Position numbers and translations under genes: made by a program
Notes under the pieces: generated by a model
Databases searched by the model: none
Told to the model about the DNA's origin: nothing
Seen by the model: only the letters and a program-made list of their open reading frames with translations
Source of the DNA: Acanthaster planci
Lineage: Eukaryota
Reading direction: 5' to 3'
Length of the DNA stretch: 64,000 nt
Assembly: GCF_001949145.1 (NCBI RefSeq)
Contig: NW_019091355.1
Location: 1,114,083-1,178,082 of the forward strand
Shown here: positions 42,820 through 54,623 of the stretch, piece by piece
Position numbering within the stretch: the stretch's first letter is position 1
How the letters are laid out: each line of letters opens with the position of its first letter

Positions 42820-43131
42820 CCGTAAATAGTAAATGGCGCCACCAAGCGGTAGGTTTTTTATGGATTTTCCCAAAGACTTGCAACCCTGACGTTTCAAGGT
42901 TCTTTCTGAATCAGTATTAACTAGCCTGGTGCTGAGGTATTTTGACCGGATCATGTGATGTTTACCAATGCAATATGACCGAAGTTAGCCGGCCCACGGT
43001 TACCTGTGCTGTAGTCAAGCATAAACTCTGGAGGTCGACCGACTATTGAAATGGACAGGTAATCAGTAATCTAATGAATGGATTCAACGAAAACCTATTG
43101 GTTGGACCAGTTGAGGGCAAATAGGAAGAAC
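42820..43131 (+). promoter_or_regulatory. Probable LRMDA proximal promoter / 5' UTR
   Basis: Local CpG-containing patch just upstream of exon 1, with a YY1-like AAATGGCG (~42831) and an M-box TCATGTGA (42951-42958). The TSS cannot be determined. Confidence 0.4.
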
Positions 43132-43200
43132 ATGGCAAACATTACACTGGCTGAAAATGGTGAGAGAGAGAGCTTAGGACCGATCGTCGAAGGAACACAA
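43132..43200 (+). CDS. LRMDA: LRMDA (C10orf11) orthologue, coding exon 1 (MANITLAENGERESLGPIVEGTQ)
   Basis: ATG at 43132; exon ends ...GTQ followed by GTAAGT donor at 43201 (phase 0), matching the vertebrate LRMDA N-terminus ...GTQ|VSY as recalled. An in-frame upstream ATG at 43078 is an alternative start. Confidence 0.8.
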
Positions 43201-43635
43201 GTAAGTCTTCACTCGGTAGGGCCCACTGACATGACCAGCAGTAGTTACTCTACACTGTAGTACTACTTGTACATGATATGTACATCATAGGTTTACCAAA
43301 AAGTACCACATGTAGTACTAAGTTAGGCCAGGAATGCGAGACAGTACACTCGCATTCCAAGTTATTCAGGTGTTGTTACATGTACATGTATGTAGATGTC
43401 ACAGAAAATCATCATGTTCTATCACCTGACATCTTTTAACAAACCCTGTCATAGGCCCTGCCTGTGAGAAGTAAATTCTTCCTTTTTTCCCCGCAAAAAA
43501 TGACTGTCATGACTGTTTACACATGGTTTAGGATGTCAGGATGTGCTATTGCCTTCTGATGGGTGGCCCATACCACTGTACTTTACTGTGATCCCATCCT
43601 ATGCTAGTTATTGGCAACTCTTCCTAAGTTGTGGC

Positions 43636-43762
43636 TACCTCCAGAACGTTACTGTAGGGTCCGACGTCCGCTCTGCTCCCACGTGGGAGCGGCGCAGACA
43701 TCGGACCCCACAGTTCTGAGGTGGGAGCGGGGCAGACGTTGGACTCCACAGTTCTGGGGGTA
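43636..43762. mobile_element. Short palindromic MITE in LRMDA intron 1
   Basis: TIRs TACCTCCAGAAC / GTTCTGGGGGTA; internal hairpin centred on CCCACGTGGG with a duplicated right arm; flanks AGTTGTGGC / AGTTGTTGC (9-bp TSD, 1 mismatch). Confidence 0.7.
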
Positions 43763-46700
43763 AGTTGTTGCTATGTTATTGAATTTGGTTGGCAACACTT
43801 TTTTTAGTATACTGATAGGACTCTGCCTCTATCATGTCTATGTGACATATATGCAACCTTCAATTTTCAAATGCTAAAATTGGTAAGCATTTCACTTTTC
43901 TGCCAGGGGAAGGGTTACTAACTTCTCTGTCATCAGTTTGAAATTTCCTCCCAAAAGTGGTATATCAGCCTGTGACGGGACTGTGTACCAGTCTGATTAT
44001 GTAATTTCAAGTGCATTATGGGAAAGCAAGTCTCATAGCTTGTCAAGATGGTTCCTGTGACTTGATCATGTATACATGAGAATAAATGTGATTGTTGCTG
44101 GCTGTAATTAATGAGCCTCCAACGATGACCCTCATGCCCCACATTGCCATCTGAACCTGTATTGAGGGTACGCACCATTAGAAGTCATCAGCAAGTGATG
44201 ACAAATAATCAAGTCACAACTAGAATCCTTGGATGTTCCCAGACCGGTATCATAGGGTTTGAGCTCCCACCCCCAAGTAATTAGCACAGCGTTGCTGCAT
44301 TTCCTTCCCACCGTGCCTCTCTGCGGTATCAGCGATAAGGCTTATTTTGTTCCCAGTTCATGAGGCACTGATTCAAAGACCGTTTCAAAACCTTTTTTTT
44401 TGTCAATTCATCCTGCATAAAGAGCAAATTATGTTCAGAAAAGAACAAAAGGAAAGAAATCTCTCACTCAAACGTACATGTAGCTCATCAATCATGTCAA
44501 CATACATGTAGGTATGCATGTGCTCAGTAGCCTTAGGGTACATGTTCGTGTGTTTATGTATATGTGATCCTTGGTATTATGTAGAGTCATTTAAGAGGAC
44601 TCGACATTTCTGGTTTTGTTGATTTATTCTGGAGAATGAATGCGATGAAAGGAGACATTTTAAAAAGATGTCATCTCCAATCCGGTCAGTGTCCGAGTGA
44701 CGCCGACGCGGCCCGCATTTGAAATATCAATAGTGCGATTGACTGGGAAAATGAATATTTATGAGGGATGAACAAAAGGATAAACATAATGAATATGGAT
44801 GATTCTTCCAAAAAAACATACGGGGTATAAAGTTCTACGTGGTGATATACACGGCGTGCTGTACTCTTGTTCAGCTCTCACAGATGAATTTTATGTACAT
44901 GTACACGTAAGATGCACAGGTTTGTCAGGAATCTTTCTGAATAAAAGAATCCAACATCTGTGAAGAGACCAATTGCAAATTTGGCACAAAGAAATTTTGG
45001 TTGGAGGGGCAGTGTGATGTTCCTTGTACACAGTGTACAGGTGTGTTACATGTAAAAGTTTCCAAGGACACTATTAAGCAGTATCAAAGTACAGTAACAG
45101 TGGCTGGACTCTGCCTTCCTCAATTATACCTTGCAAGTTACATATGTGGGACAGAGGGATTCGGTACCCCCCCCCCGCCACTACATGTCCAACACTCTGG
45201 ACTAACATTTGTTACCTAACACATCCCCCCAGATGTCCTAAGATTCCAGTCCAACAATGACCAACAGAAGGGGGGGTGCTCTCTGCCACATATCTTGCTT
45301 CAACTGTCCTTTATCCTTTTCAATCCAACATTTCAAATGATTGACTAGGCTGGGTTGCAGATTGCAGATAACCATCCATGCACTATGCTTCAAGTGACGA
45401 TCATTCTTAGTGAAATCTTTCAAGGTGTTCTTGGAGAGCTCAGCCACGGATATTGAAATCACTGGCTCTGGCTACATACATGTAAGCTGACATTGTCAAG
45501 CTTGTCTTCATGTAGCTTTGAAAACTGAAAGTTCCCTGAACCATCAGAACCAGTTTGGGAAGTTCTTGGTCTTTCCAGAATACTGCCACATCTTTGGATT
45601 CTCTCAGTGTATGCCAAGTTTCCATAACATTTACCTTTGCCTGACTGAGCCCGAGAGTGGAAGGATAGACCTACATTACATGTACAAGTACCGTGGTACA
45701 TGTACATTATCTTGTGTACATTCTTGAGAAGCATTAAGCCTATTCACCAATTCCTTTACTGTCTTTTTATAGTCTACAAGTAAGTCACTCTGGTTTTTAT
45801 TTTAATATGAACTAGAAAAGAGACAGAAATTCTAAACTTACTTCTTGCTATAGTATTTCTCTGATATTAGTCCAACAGTACAATGTACATGTACATATAT
45901 CACTCAGTTTCCAAATGTTTGTATACAGTTTCAGTAGTTTTTAGATTGTCTGTTTTTCTAAATTCTCAACCATGTGTACTAGTACTAGTACAGTACTGTA
46001 TGTACAGGTTTACATGTTCTTAAATATGTCTGACCTGTTGTCTGCATTGATCCATGCACACTATTGTAACTTGTACACTCTCTACGGCTTCTGAACCTCA
46101 ACCCTTCCATTTGTGGTCTGTTGTGAATAGGACTGAGATTACAAGCCAGATTAAGCCATTGCATGCTTGTTCATAAGTGACTGATTGGTTGTTCATAAGT
46201 GACTGATTGGTGTCCGTTATCAGTGTCATGGCAGCAGATGGGAAATAGGGTATGGTGTAGGAGAGTTGGCCAAACGTTGAAACCGGGTGTACTTTATTCC
46301 TAAGTAGACTGTATGTGTCATTTTTGTATGTTATTTGAAAAGCAGCTAAAGGAACAACTTGTATCATCCATGCTTTTGGTACGGCACCCTGATTGATTGA
46401 ATATCGAACATCATGAATTTCTCCAGTAAATTTCAGCTATTTGCCGGCACACCCTGAGTGGCTTTATTTGAAAATAAAAATGAGAGATAAAGTCTTACAA
46501 CCTGAAATCTGTCTCTAAGAGCCCATAGATGGAATAAGTACTAGGTTATGAAATATTGGTACATGTACGTTTCCGGTCAGCAAAGAAATGTTTTAATTTC
46601 CTCAAGTTTGACATTGACCAAATAAGATGGAGTTTTTCAGGATAGTGACCATTTGGAATAGGGCCCTCATTAAAAGCAGTAGAATTAAAGTCTTACTGAC

Positions 46701-47300
46701 GAGGCTGCCCTGATTAAATAAAACAGTAAATAAAAATAAATAAAACTCTTGAGACAGAGTGCAGATTGCCAAGTTTTTGTTTTTAATTTTTAGATTACTA
46801 GTTGTTCTTTCCGGATGAATGGAAACATTTCCAAATACAAGTATTTCTTTCTGAAAAGAATGGATTACTCAACCCTAAATCTACACACCAACTTAACTAA
46901 ATAATAACGTGCTTGCACTTTCCAAAAAGTGGCAAAATTCAATTTCTTTGCTGTAAATTTTCTGCAGGCTTCATGGAAAGCAGAGAGTTTACAGTTCTGA
47001 ATTTAGAGTAAGTTAGCAGAGTACGTAGCCAACTACATGTACATGTACCATACTCAGATGGCCTTGAGACTCTATTCATAGTTATTTCACATGGATGTAT
47101 GTACTTTGCCACACAGTACATGTACATGAACGTGTCTGTGTATCGTGTTGGCAAAACACATGCACACATGCATTTTGGAAATTTACTTGCCAGTTGACTT
47201 TAGATTGGTTTTCCAATTTTGTTTTGAGTCCTTGCAATGATTGCCGGCTGAGAATTAACCAGTGTCGGACTGTTTTTGTTTCGGTTGATCATCTTTGCAG

Positions 47301-47401
47301 CTGTCATACCTTGAGCACAGTGCGACAAGGATACCAGACCAGCTGGGCCAGTGGTACGGCAAGCAAGTCACCAGACTAGACCTTAGCTTCAACCACATCA
47401 G
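47301..47401 (+). CDS. LRMDA: LRMDA exon 2 (LSYLEHSATRIPDQLGQWYGKQVTRLDLSFNHIR), first LRR
   Basis: TTTGCAG acceptor ending 47300, GTACAG donor at 47402; LDLSFN LRR motif; phases 0/2 fit the neighbouring exons. Confidence 0.92.
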
Positions 47402-48768
47402 GTACAGGTCTTGCATCCAACCTTCTGCCATTCTTTTTCATCTTTCTCAATTCCAAATATCGGGCTCACATGTAAGTCTGTTTTAAAAATGTGGGCTTCC
47501 AATTATGTTGGAAAACTGAAATAGGGGGGTATCTTTTTGTCAAGATATACACACACTTTCAGCACAAAATGGCAGAGGAAGCAATAACATGTACACACAA
47601 GCAGACATCAGATATTGTCCAATCCTTTGGCATATTTGTCAGAATACACATGTGTGTGTACATGTACGTATGCTGATCTACACCAGTTGCTCACTCACAG
47701 TTTACATATGACAGCTCAGAGAAAAGTTTGAGCAAGACCCTTACGTCAACAATAAATTTAGTTTTTCTCTGGTACCCAGGATGTATTTCATGCACAGGTT
47801 ACCAGGGAAAATCGACTAGTGGTCGATGGTCACTGTTCAAATATACACACATGTAAACATGATATCTGTGTTGCATGTATGTACTGTATTGGACAGATTA
47901 GACGCTGGTTACGCATTTATAAATAAGCTACAGGGCAGGCCAAAGTCAACCAGGCACCTCACACTGCTGAAACCTTGTTGCTCACTTTATACCGGTACAT
48001 TGGAAAAAGTGAGTGCTATTCACTTGCAAGTTTGGATTTCGTCTCGTGCTTGCCTTTGCCCTAGATGCAGTCATGTCTGGTTCATAGCTAATCCTCATCC
48101 TCAACGTTATACATGCCACTCCGCACGTACGTGTACGTGTATTGTGGTCCATGCACAAAACATCCCTTTTCCCCAAAGGTCATGGTATTTCAGGAAGAAA
48201 GGTTATGCAAGTCCTAGTAATGTTGATTTGCAGGCACACTGCCTTCGGTGCAGGATATCAAGCAATATAACACTTGACTTTTTAAACAGCTATTTGATAG
48301 AATACATGTGCATGTAATTCAGTCCAGTATGTACATGGACTAGTACATTTCACCTTCTGGAAGAAACAAATAGGCCAGTTACAGTAATTAATTACAGCAA
48401 CTATTGTAACACTGCACCATTGTGGAATACCTGTAGTTATCAGTATTTACTTGTAACTGATATTCGCAATATGATATGAACCAGATACTGCATTAACCGG
48501 TTCACATTACGCGGAGTAGCCATCAATGATTGAACACAGTAACCGGTAATACCTTAGTACCAGACGGTAAAATAAATAAGGATAAAACAAACAAAACCTT
48601 CAACAGAAAACCACCGGCTTTGAATCGTCTTCATCAGACAAAATGTTTCGTCCAATTTGCCCAAAACTCTGGAATTAAATGAGTATTCATATACATGTAT
48701 TTAAATAGTGGATTGGTATATGACAGCCTTGATTTCTGGTGACTCGTTTATGTTTCCTTGCCCGGCAG

Positions 48769-48895
48769 GTCGTTAGAAGGTCTGGAGAGGTTTGTCAAGT
48801 TGGAAGAGTTGATCTTGGATCAGAATGAGTTGACTGACTCTGTCGTCCTTCCACACATGTCCAAACTACACACGCTAGTACTCAATAAAAACAGA
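48769..48895 (+). CDS. LRMDA: LRMDA exon 3 ([42 protein letters not shown])
   Basis: GGCAG acceptor; two LRRs ([18 protein letters not shown]); ends at an ATATCCTTT U12 donor. Confidence 0.93.
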
Positions 48896-49552
48896 ATATC
48901 CTTTGTTTAAGTTGGTTCATTACACTGCACCCGTAGATGAGCTACATGTCACTTTGCATTTGAAATTATAGTTTTGAAAATTTAAATAATTGACAAAATA
49001 TTATCGAGTGAAACAAAATGCCTGAGAAGGGTCCTGACAACAGTATCAATGCAAAGGAGAACAAAAAGGGTAGAACTATGCATTGGAACCAGTCAACTGA
49101 GTGCCCGACCATTGATGTTAGGAACTGGTTCCAAAGAACTAAACTGGTAACTTTAAAGTACATTGTACTTCACAATAATGTAATAACTTCTCCCCAAAAA
49201 ATGAAGTTTTTGAAAGGTTTGCAAGGGGACATTTTGAAAATTAAAAAGCTGTATGGAATATTTAAACCAATTTTATAGTTGTGAAAGAACAGAATTGGCA
49301 ACTTGAATGCATTTCCTTGTAAGCTTTTCCTTTCCTGTTGCATTTTGAGCGTGAGGTTTTACATTTCCCAAGCTTTATTACAACAGGGTGCCCGTTTTCA
49401 AAACTATCCTTAAATGCGCACCACTGAAGTGCCAGATTTATTGTTTTATTGCTCAGAGAAGCATTTTTTCACCTGTTCCCCTGAGAAGATTAATGCAGGA
49501 TTTTGGAAGGGTTGTCTGAGATAATGAAATAGTCTTAACAGTTCCTTGTTAC
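48896..49552 (+). other. LRMDA: U12-type (minor spliceosome) AT-AC intron, LRMDA intron 3, 657 nt
   Basis: 5' ATATCCTTT at 48896; branch-site-like TCTTAAC at 49533-49539; terminal AC at 49551-49552; the join gives in-frame NKNR|IKDL. Confidence 0.92.
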
Positions 49553-49692
49553 ATCAAAGATTTGGAGAGTCTAATGGATCAGCTCAAGGAGCGGTGTCCC
49601 AACCTGACGTATCTGAGTCTCCTAGGGAACGAAGCTTGTCCCAATGAGCTATCCAGCACAGACAAGGATGAAGACGACTACCAGAGATACAG
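49553..49692 (+). CDS. LRMDA: LRMDA exon 4 ([47 protein letters not shown])
   Basis: [15 protein letters not shown] and DEDDYQRYR match the LRMDA LRR/LRR-cap region; GTAAAT donor at 49693. Confidence 0.95.
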
Positions 49693-50437
49693 GTAAATGC
49701 ACTGGTTAATTGGCTCAGTGCTCATTGCAATCAAAGCCAGATCCAAATGAGAGACTGAGCTGTTAGTACCAGGCAAAATGGCGCAGTGGTTGGCAAATGG
49801 TTGTCGCTTGAATTTGTCCACTGCACAACAATTTATGGGCCAAGGAGAAATCTGCAGGGAGCCAGTCAGTGGAAATTGCTCTTACATTGTTTTGGTTGGT
49901 TACCTGTTTTTGTTGAGGAAATCCCTGGGTAAGTTCAGGGGATGACTGTGGTTTAACTTTAGTTGGACAAACATCGCCTGAATGAATTGATGGTTTTGAC
50001 CAGCTAGTCAACCATTTGCAACCAGGTCTCAGGGGCATGGTCACACAGAATAACCAGATCTAGTTACCAGTGCAGAACCATTCATATGAAAATCATTGTA
50101 TGAGATGTCATGGAGCACGAACGCTGTGAGAGACGCAACCACTGGCAGAGTATGATTGACGAGCAGAGTTTGACATGGCGCAATCAAGTGTATTTGCGTG
50201 CACATTTTTAAAAAGTAATTGGCTAGTGGTCAAACGATAGTTCACACCTTAACTTTCACCTTGCAGCGCACAGCACATTTTTTTTTTTTTCAGGAGCTCT
50301 GTGAGACAGTGTTGTGGTCAAGTCCAGCATAGTTGATCCAGCCTCAAGTCACAAATTATGGAAATAAATATCGGCACAGAGATGAATATAAACTAAGCAG
50401 CATTGCCGTCTTTTTTTTTTTTGGCCTGATCTTTCAG

Positions 50438-50564
50438 ATATTACGTGGTGCACAGGTTACCAGGATTAAAGTTCCTGGATTCCAGACAGGTGACCCAGAA
50501 GGAGAGAAAAGAAGCAGATAGGGTGGGGTCCTACATGAGGGTGGTCCGAGTCACGGCAGATGAG
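50438..50564 (+). CDS. LRMDA: LRMDA exon 5 (YYVVHRLPGLKFLDSRQVTQKERKEADRVGSYMRVVRVTADE)
   Basis: Polypyrimidine tract plus TTTCAG acceptor; LP.LKFLD LRR-cap motif; GTATGA donor at 50565. Confidence 0.93.
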
Positions 50565-51047
50565 GTATGAAGGTCAAAGGTCACTCAATTAGTATCAGTG
50601 CACTCAGGAAGAAAGACATCTCCTAAAACGTGTATCCATGAAGATGTCATGATTGCTGTGCTACAAAAGGACATGAATTTGCTATTTCTGAAATTTGAGG
50701 AGTATTTTCTTGCCCTATTGGTCAAAAAGGTGTTTAACATCAGAACATGGCTGTTTGTACGGTGTCCAATTTTGATCACTAAATAAGTTTAATGAGCTGG
50801 TTCAGTTTTTCAGAAAGGCAAGGCCCTTTGACAACAAGATGCCTGATGTCAGGCCAGTTTGAACATGTTTAGTGTGTGTGAGTTGGTATATGGCGGCATT
50901 GAAAGAGCATATTGATGTTCTTGAATCACCTGCAAAGCTCGCCATTTTGAGCTATTGGAATATCTAATTTGCCCATTGAAGAAATAGTCATAACAATTAT
51001 GTAATTGACATTATATCGAAAAGTGCTCCTTCCCTTGCCTTATATAG

Positions 51048-51138
51048 GATCCGCACAATTCTCCGGATTCCCCAGACGGTGGTCACCAGTCTTACAATCC
51101 CTTGCCAGACACAACTAGACCAACTGATAACCACCAAG
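51048..51138 (+). CDS. LRMDA: LRMDA exon 6 (DPHNSPDSPDGGHQSYNPLPDTTRPTDNHQG)
   Basis: TATAG acceptor after a pyrimidine tract, GTATGG donor; YxPLP...HQG motif like vertebrate LRMDA; phases 0/1 fit. Confidence 0.85.
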
Positions 51139-51419
51139 GTATGGCTTAGACTGGTATACCTGTCCTCATGCATAATCACAGGCATTGGTTGCTGTAAACC
51201 TTGTTGATCATTGCTTGCTTTCCCTTAAATCTTGCTTTTGGATGTTTGATTTGCCTAGATTTGACCTACGCACAGATGTTGGTACCGTGTTGTTTAGGTT
51301 GGCTTAGTTCTTCAGGTGAACTTTGGCATGTTTGGGCTTACTCTGCTTGCTTATGGCTTGGTGACCGGCTTTATCGTCACTGTGTAATTATTTTGTCCTT
51401 GTCTCGTGTCATGCCACAG

Positions 51420-51499
51420 GGACGTTTGGGAAGTGCCGTTATGTTTACTACGGTAGGCACTCAGAGGGCAACCGGTTCATCCGGAACAACGACCTCTAA
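51420..51499 (+). CDS. LRMDA: LRMDA exon 7, terminal ([26 protein letters not shown])
   Basis: CCACAG acceptor; the diagnostic LRMDA C-terminus [17 protein letters not shown]...L; TAA at 51497-51499. The spliced CDS totals 735 nt (244 aa plus stop). Confidence 0.95.
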
Positions 51500-52449
51500 T
51501 GCAGAACACCGGCATCAGGGAGTTTGTTTTTATCCAGATCTTGAAGAAGCTGTGCTGGAGTGGTTACTCAAATTCTTTCTCTCTGTTTCAAAAGTTTTTT
51601 CACTTGTATATAACCTGATTCAAAGGAAATGAGAAGATTGATCCTTGGACTCTTTCTTGGGAGGATTCCTTTTGGAATGCATGGTTCCACTGGGGACACA
51701 GCATCCCCATTTGAAAGCTTCCTCCAAATGGTCTGTGCCCAAAATGGGATGCGGGAACATGTTGATGGAGCGCTAGCATTCCAACGGGAAAGATCCAGCA
51801 GAACGAGAATGTTTGCCTTTTTTTTCAGTGCTCCCTTAGCATAACCCTTCCTATTGCACATGCGAGTACTCTTCATTACCTCACCACATGCTTGAAACAT
51901 GTCACATGTGAGCACCAACTTGGCTGTGATTGTATAAAACATCCTTGGTGATGTTGGGGCTGGTTGTAGATTACACCAACAGACATGTAGTGAGGACTAT
52001 TATGGTAAGTATATATCTAGCTAAAAGGCTATATTATTCAAGATACCTCCAGATAGCTGTCTAGATTGTCAGACTTCCAAGTTAAAGAATGGTTCAATTC
52101 TGCATCTTGCTTTGCATTCCACCAATCAGAGTCATCATTAGCTCCAATGCCCACTTACTCCATTTAATTAAGAAGCTGTCCTCAGTGCTTCAGTAAGTTT
52201 TTTGATGTGCATCAGTAGTTGCTCTGTTTAGTCCAGAAAGCTTTATGCTTGGCTTATACTCTTTCTTTTATTCATATTTTTGTCTTTGGTTTGAAATTCA
52301 TCACTGAAAGTTCTTTTAGATTTTGTCCATAATCTCTTTTTTAGCTGTATGATCGCGAAGGTAACTGGTGCACTTGTTCAACGATGTTGTGTCCACTACT
52401 TCAATACTGCAATACTGACAGAATTTCTTCATGTAACAAACTTGTGGTG

Positions 52450-52801
52450 AATAAGCCTTTTGCGAGTTAAATTTAAATACAATCTGGTACACAGAGTTAT
52501 CTGATTGCACATAAACACAACAATTTGAATTCTCCAGACTAAAGACACTGTTGCTATACCTCATGATTCAGGGCAAGCTTTTTCATAGCGACCACCATCT
52601 CTGGAATGGACTGGTTCCTTTGTGCCCTTCTTATCCATTGAGAACAATGTATTGAGGCAAGGCGTCTCTTATGTAACTAAGCAAAATATTGCCCAGAGCT
52701 ACAAGGTATAGCAACAGTGTCTTTAGTGTGGAGAATTCAATTGTTATGTTTACGGGAATTTAAAGAGTACTCAGGGTACTGCAACTCGCAAAAGGCGTAT
52801 T
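52450..52801. mobile_element. MITE, copy B (same family, inverted, downstream of the LRMDA stop codon)
   Basis: Starts AATAAGCCTTTTGCGAGTT and ends AACTCGCAAAAGGCGTATT; shares reverse-complement blocks with copy A (e.g. GCAAGGCGTCTCTTATGTAACTAAGCAAAA, CTGGTTCCTTTGTGCCCTTCTT). Confidence 0.8.
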
Positions 52802-53114
52802 TTCATGAAGTCCTGCATTGAAATGGGAGTGAGGCTGCACTTGCAAAATAGGGCTGTTCAGTTAGTTAGGAGTGCTGCAGAATGGCACTCCCTCTATGGG
52901 TAACAAAAAAAGTCAAACTTGGCACCTTGTGACCGTACAACCAGACTTTGAATTGAAACTTTGTTGTACATTTGCTGTGACCAAGTGCATGTCCGTTTAT
53001 ACACCAGTGTTGAAGTCGGTCCATCACAATTTCCATTTTGAGCACCTAGCTGGACCAAGAAAGGGCGCAATTTTCCTAGCAAAGCAGGTTCCTTAGGTTG
53101 GAACTACACTACGT

Positions 53115-53233
53115 TGGTTCACGAATTACTACGAAATGCACGCGCTGCGGTTGCATCGCTACTACAAAATGAACGTTCCTGACCGTTGCGGCTCTTTCAA
53201 ACCGACGAGGGGGTGCTTCTGCTCAAGGCAGAT
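53115..53233 (+). repeat. Dispersed repeat, copy 1 (second copy at 62878-63001)
   Basis: Shares TGGTTCACGAA, ACAAAATGAAC and the exact 20-mer GGGGTGCTTCTGCTCAAGGC with the second copy, in the same order and orientation. Confidence 0.75.
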
Positions 53234-54623
53234 CCGTCTGGTTACAAGTCCTCTCACGAGACGGGATGAATAGCTAGAAGGGGATACTTTTGGCACAGTT
53301 CATTTGAAATGATTGTGACTTGGCTTAGATCTGGATGATTTGTGATGGCCTTGTGATGGGGTCGACTGCAACCTTGGAATGCACACAAATGTGTACCTGC
53401 ACACAAGTGTGGTTGGCAAACAGGATGGCATTCCATGAGGAAAGTCTTGTGAATGTTGAAAGGTTGCAATTGCAGCCTCTCTCTCAACCTGACCAAGTCA
53501 AGAGCCCCTTGAACAAGTTTTTATCCACCCCCCACAGGCTCTCCTGTCAAAATGGTTAACCTCCACTGGTAATATTACACTGCACTTAATAACAATTTGA
53601 AGGTTAGAACCAGTGGTAGATGTCACCTCTGGAAACCTACCTAACGATTTTTTATTCCTTTTTAGTAGTTCAAGTTTTAACTAAGGGTTATCTGGGTTAA
53701 ATTTGAAATTCTTTGACACTTTCATTATTACAACTTATTTCTCTTTGTTGTAATTATCTATTATAATCAAGATGCTATTCGTATTTATAAAAGTTAATGC
53801 AGCAATGCACCAGTATTTATTAAGAAATTAATGTTTTTGAAAATTATTTTTGATACATACGAATTATTACTAAAGTTGTACGTGATTCAATGGCATCTGA
53901 TTTGCCGGTTAAGTGTTGGGTTCAACAGTTTTCACTCCCTAGAGAGGGGTACACTTGCCCACCTCTGGATGGCAGCAGACTCGCATGAGCTGGCCATGAC
54001 AACAGGGTGTTGCCGTTTCCCAGACCTCTGCTTGGTTTTTCGATTTGGCCTCAGAATCAGTCAGAAGCCTCTAAGAGAGCTCGAAATTCCGACCTCATAC
54101 CCTAAGATTTGATGTTTGATAACACGAACATTGACAGACTAAATAGTTCCTTTCATAGACATTTTGATGGCTGAAGTTGGAACTTGCAGACTTAAAGGAA
54201 GAGCCCTCTTATCATCTACTATGTACGTCTGCACACACCTGCCAGTGGTTCCAATATTCCAAATCGAACTTATTGTATACAGTCATTATTTACGTACCTT
54301 GCCAATACATTGGACGACGCGTTTATTCTTCATGTACAGGATTGTAGCACAGTGGTTTTACTGATCATAAATGACCTTTGTACTTTCGTGCGATTGGTTT
54401 GTAGCAACACCAAAATCTTTTTTTTTTACCAAACGTTGATGTCTTAAACTGAGACACAAAAACTAGACGAACAGGCTGATTGGTCACTACTACCTTCTCG
54501 GATTTCTTCACTTGTCCAATCGATACACTCATCACGGAGATATATGTTTTTGGCTTAAGATTTGACTAATCCCATGTGTAAATAATCCAGGTGATAATAC
54601 AATGTATGTATCGAGCGATGGGC

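Noticed and set aside
46167..46211. 22-bp tandem duplication TTGTTCATAAGTGACTGATTGG in LRMDA intron 1
   Set aside because: Two copies only; an ordinary slippage duplication.
49405..49421. Second U12-like string TATCCTTAAAT...GCAC inside the AT-AC intron
   Set aside because: Poorer consensus match, and using it would not yield LRMDA-like sequence.
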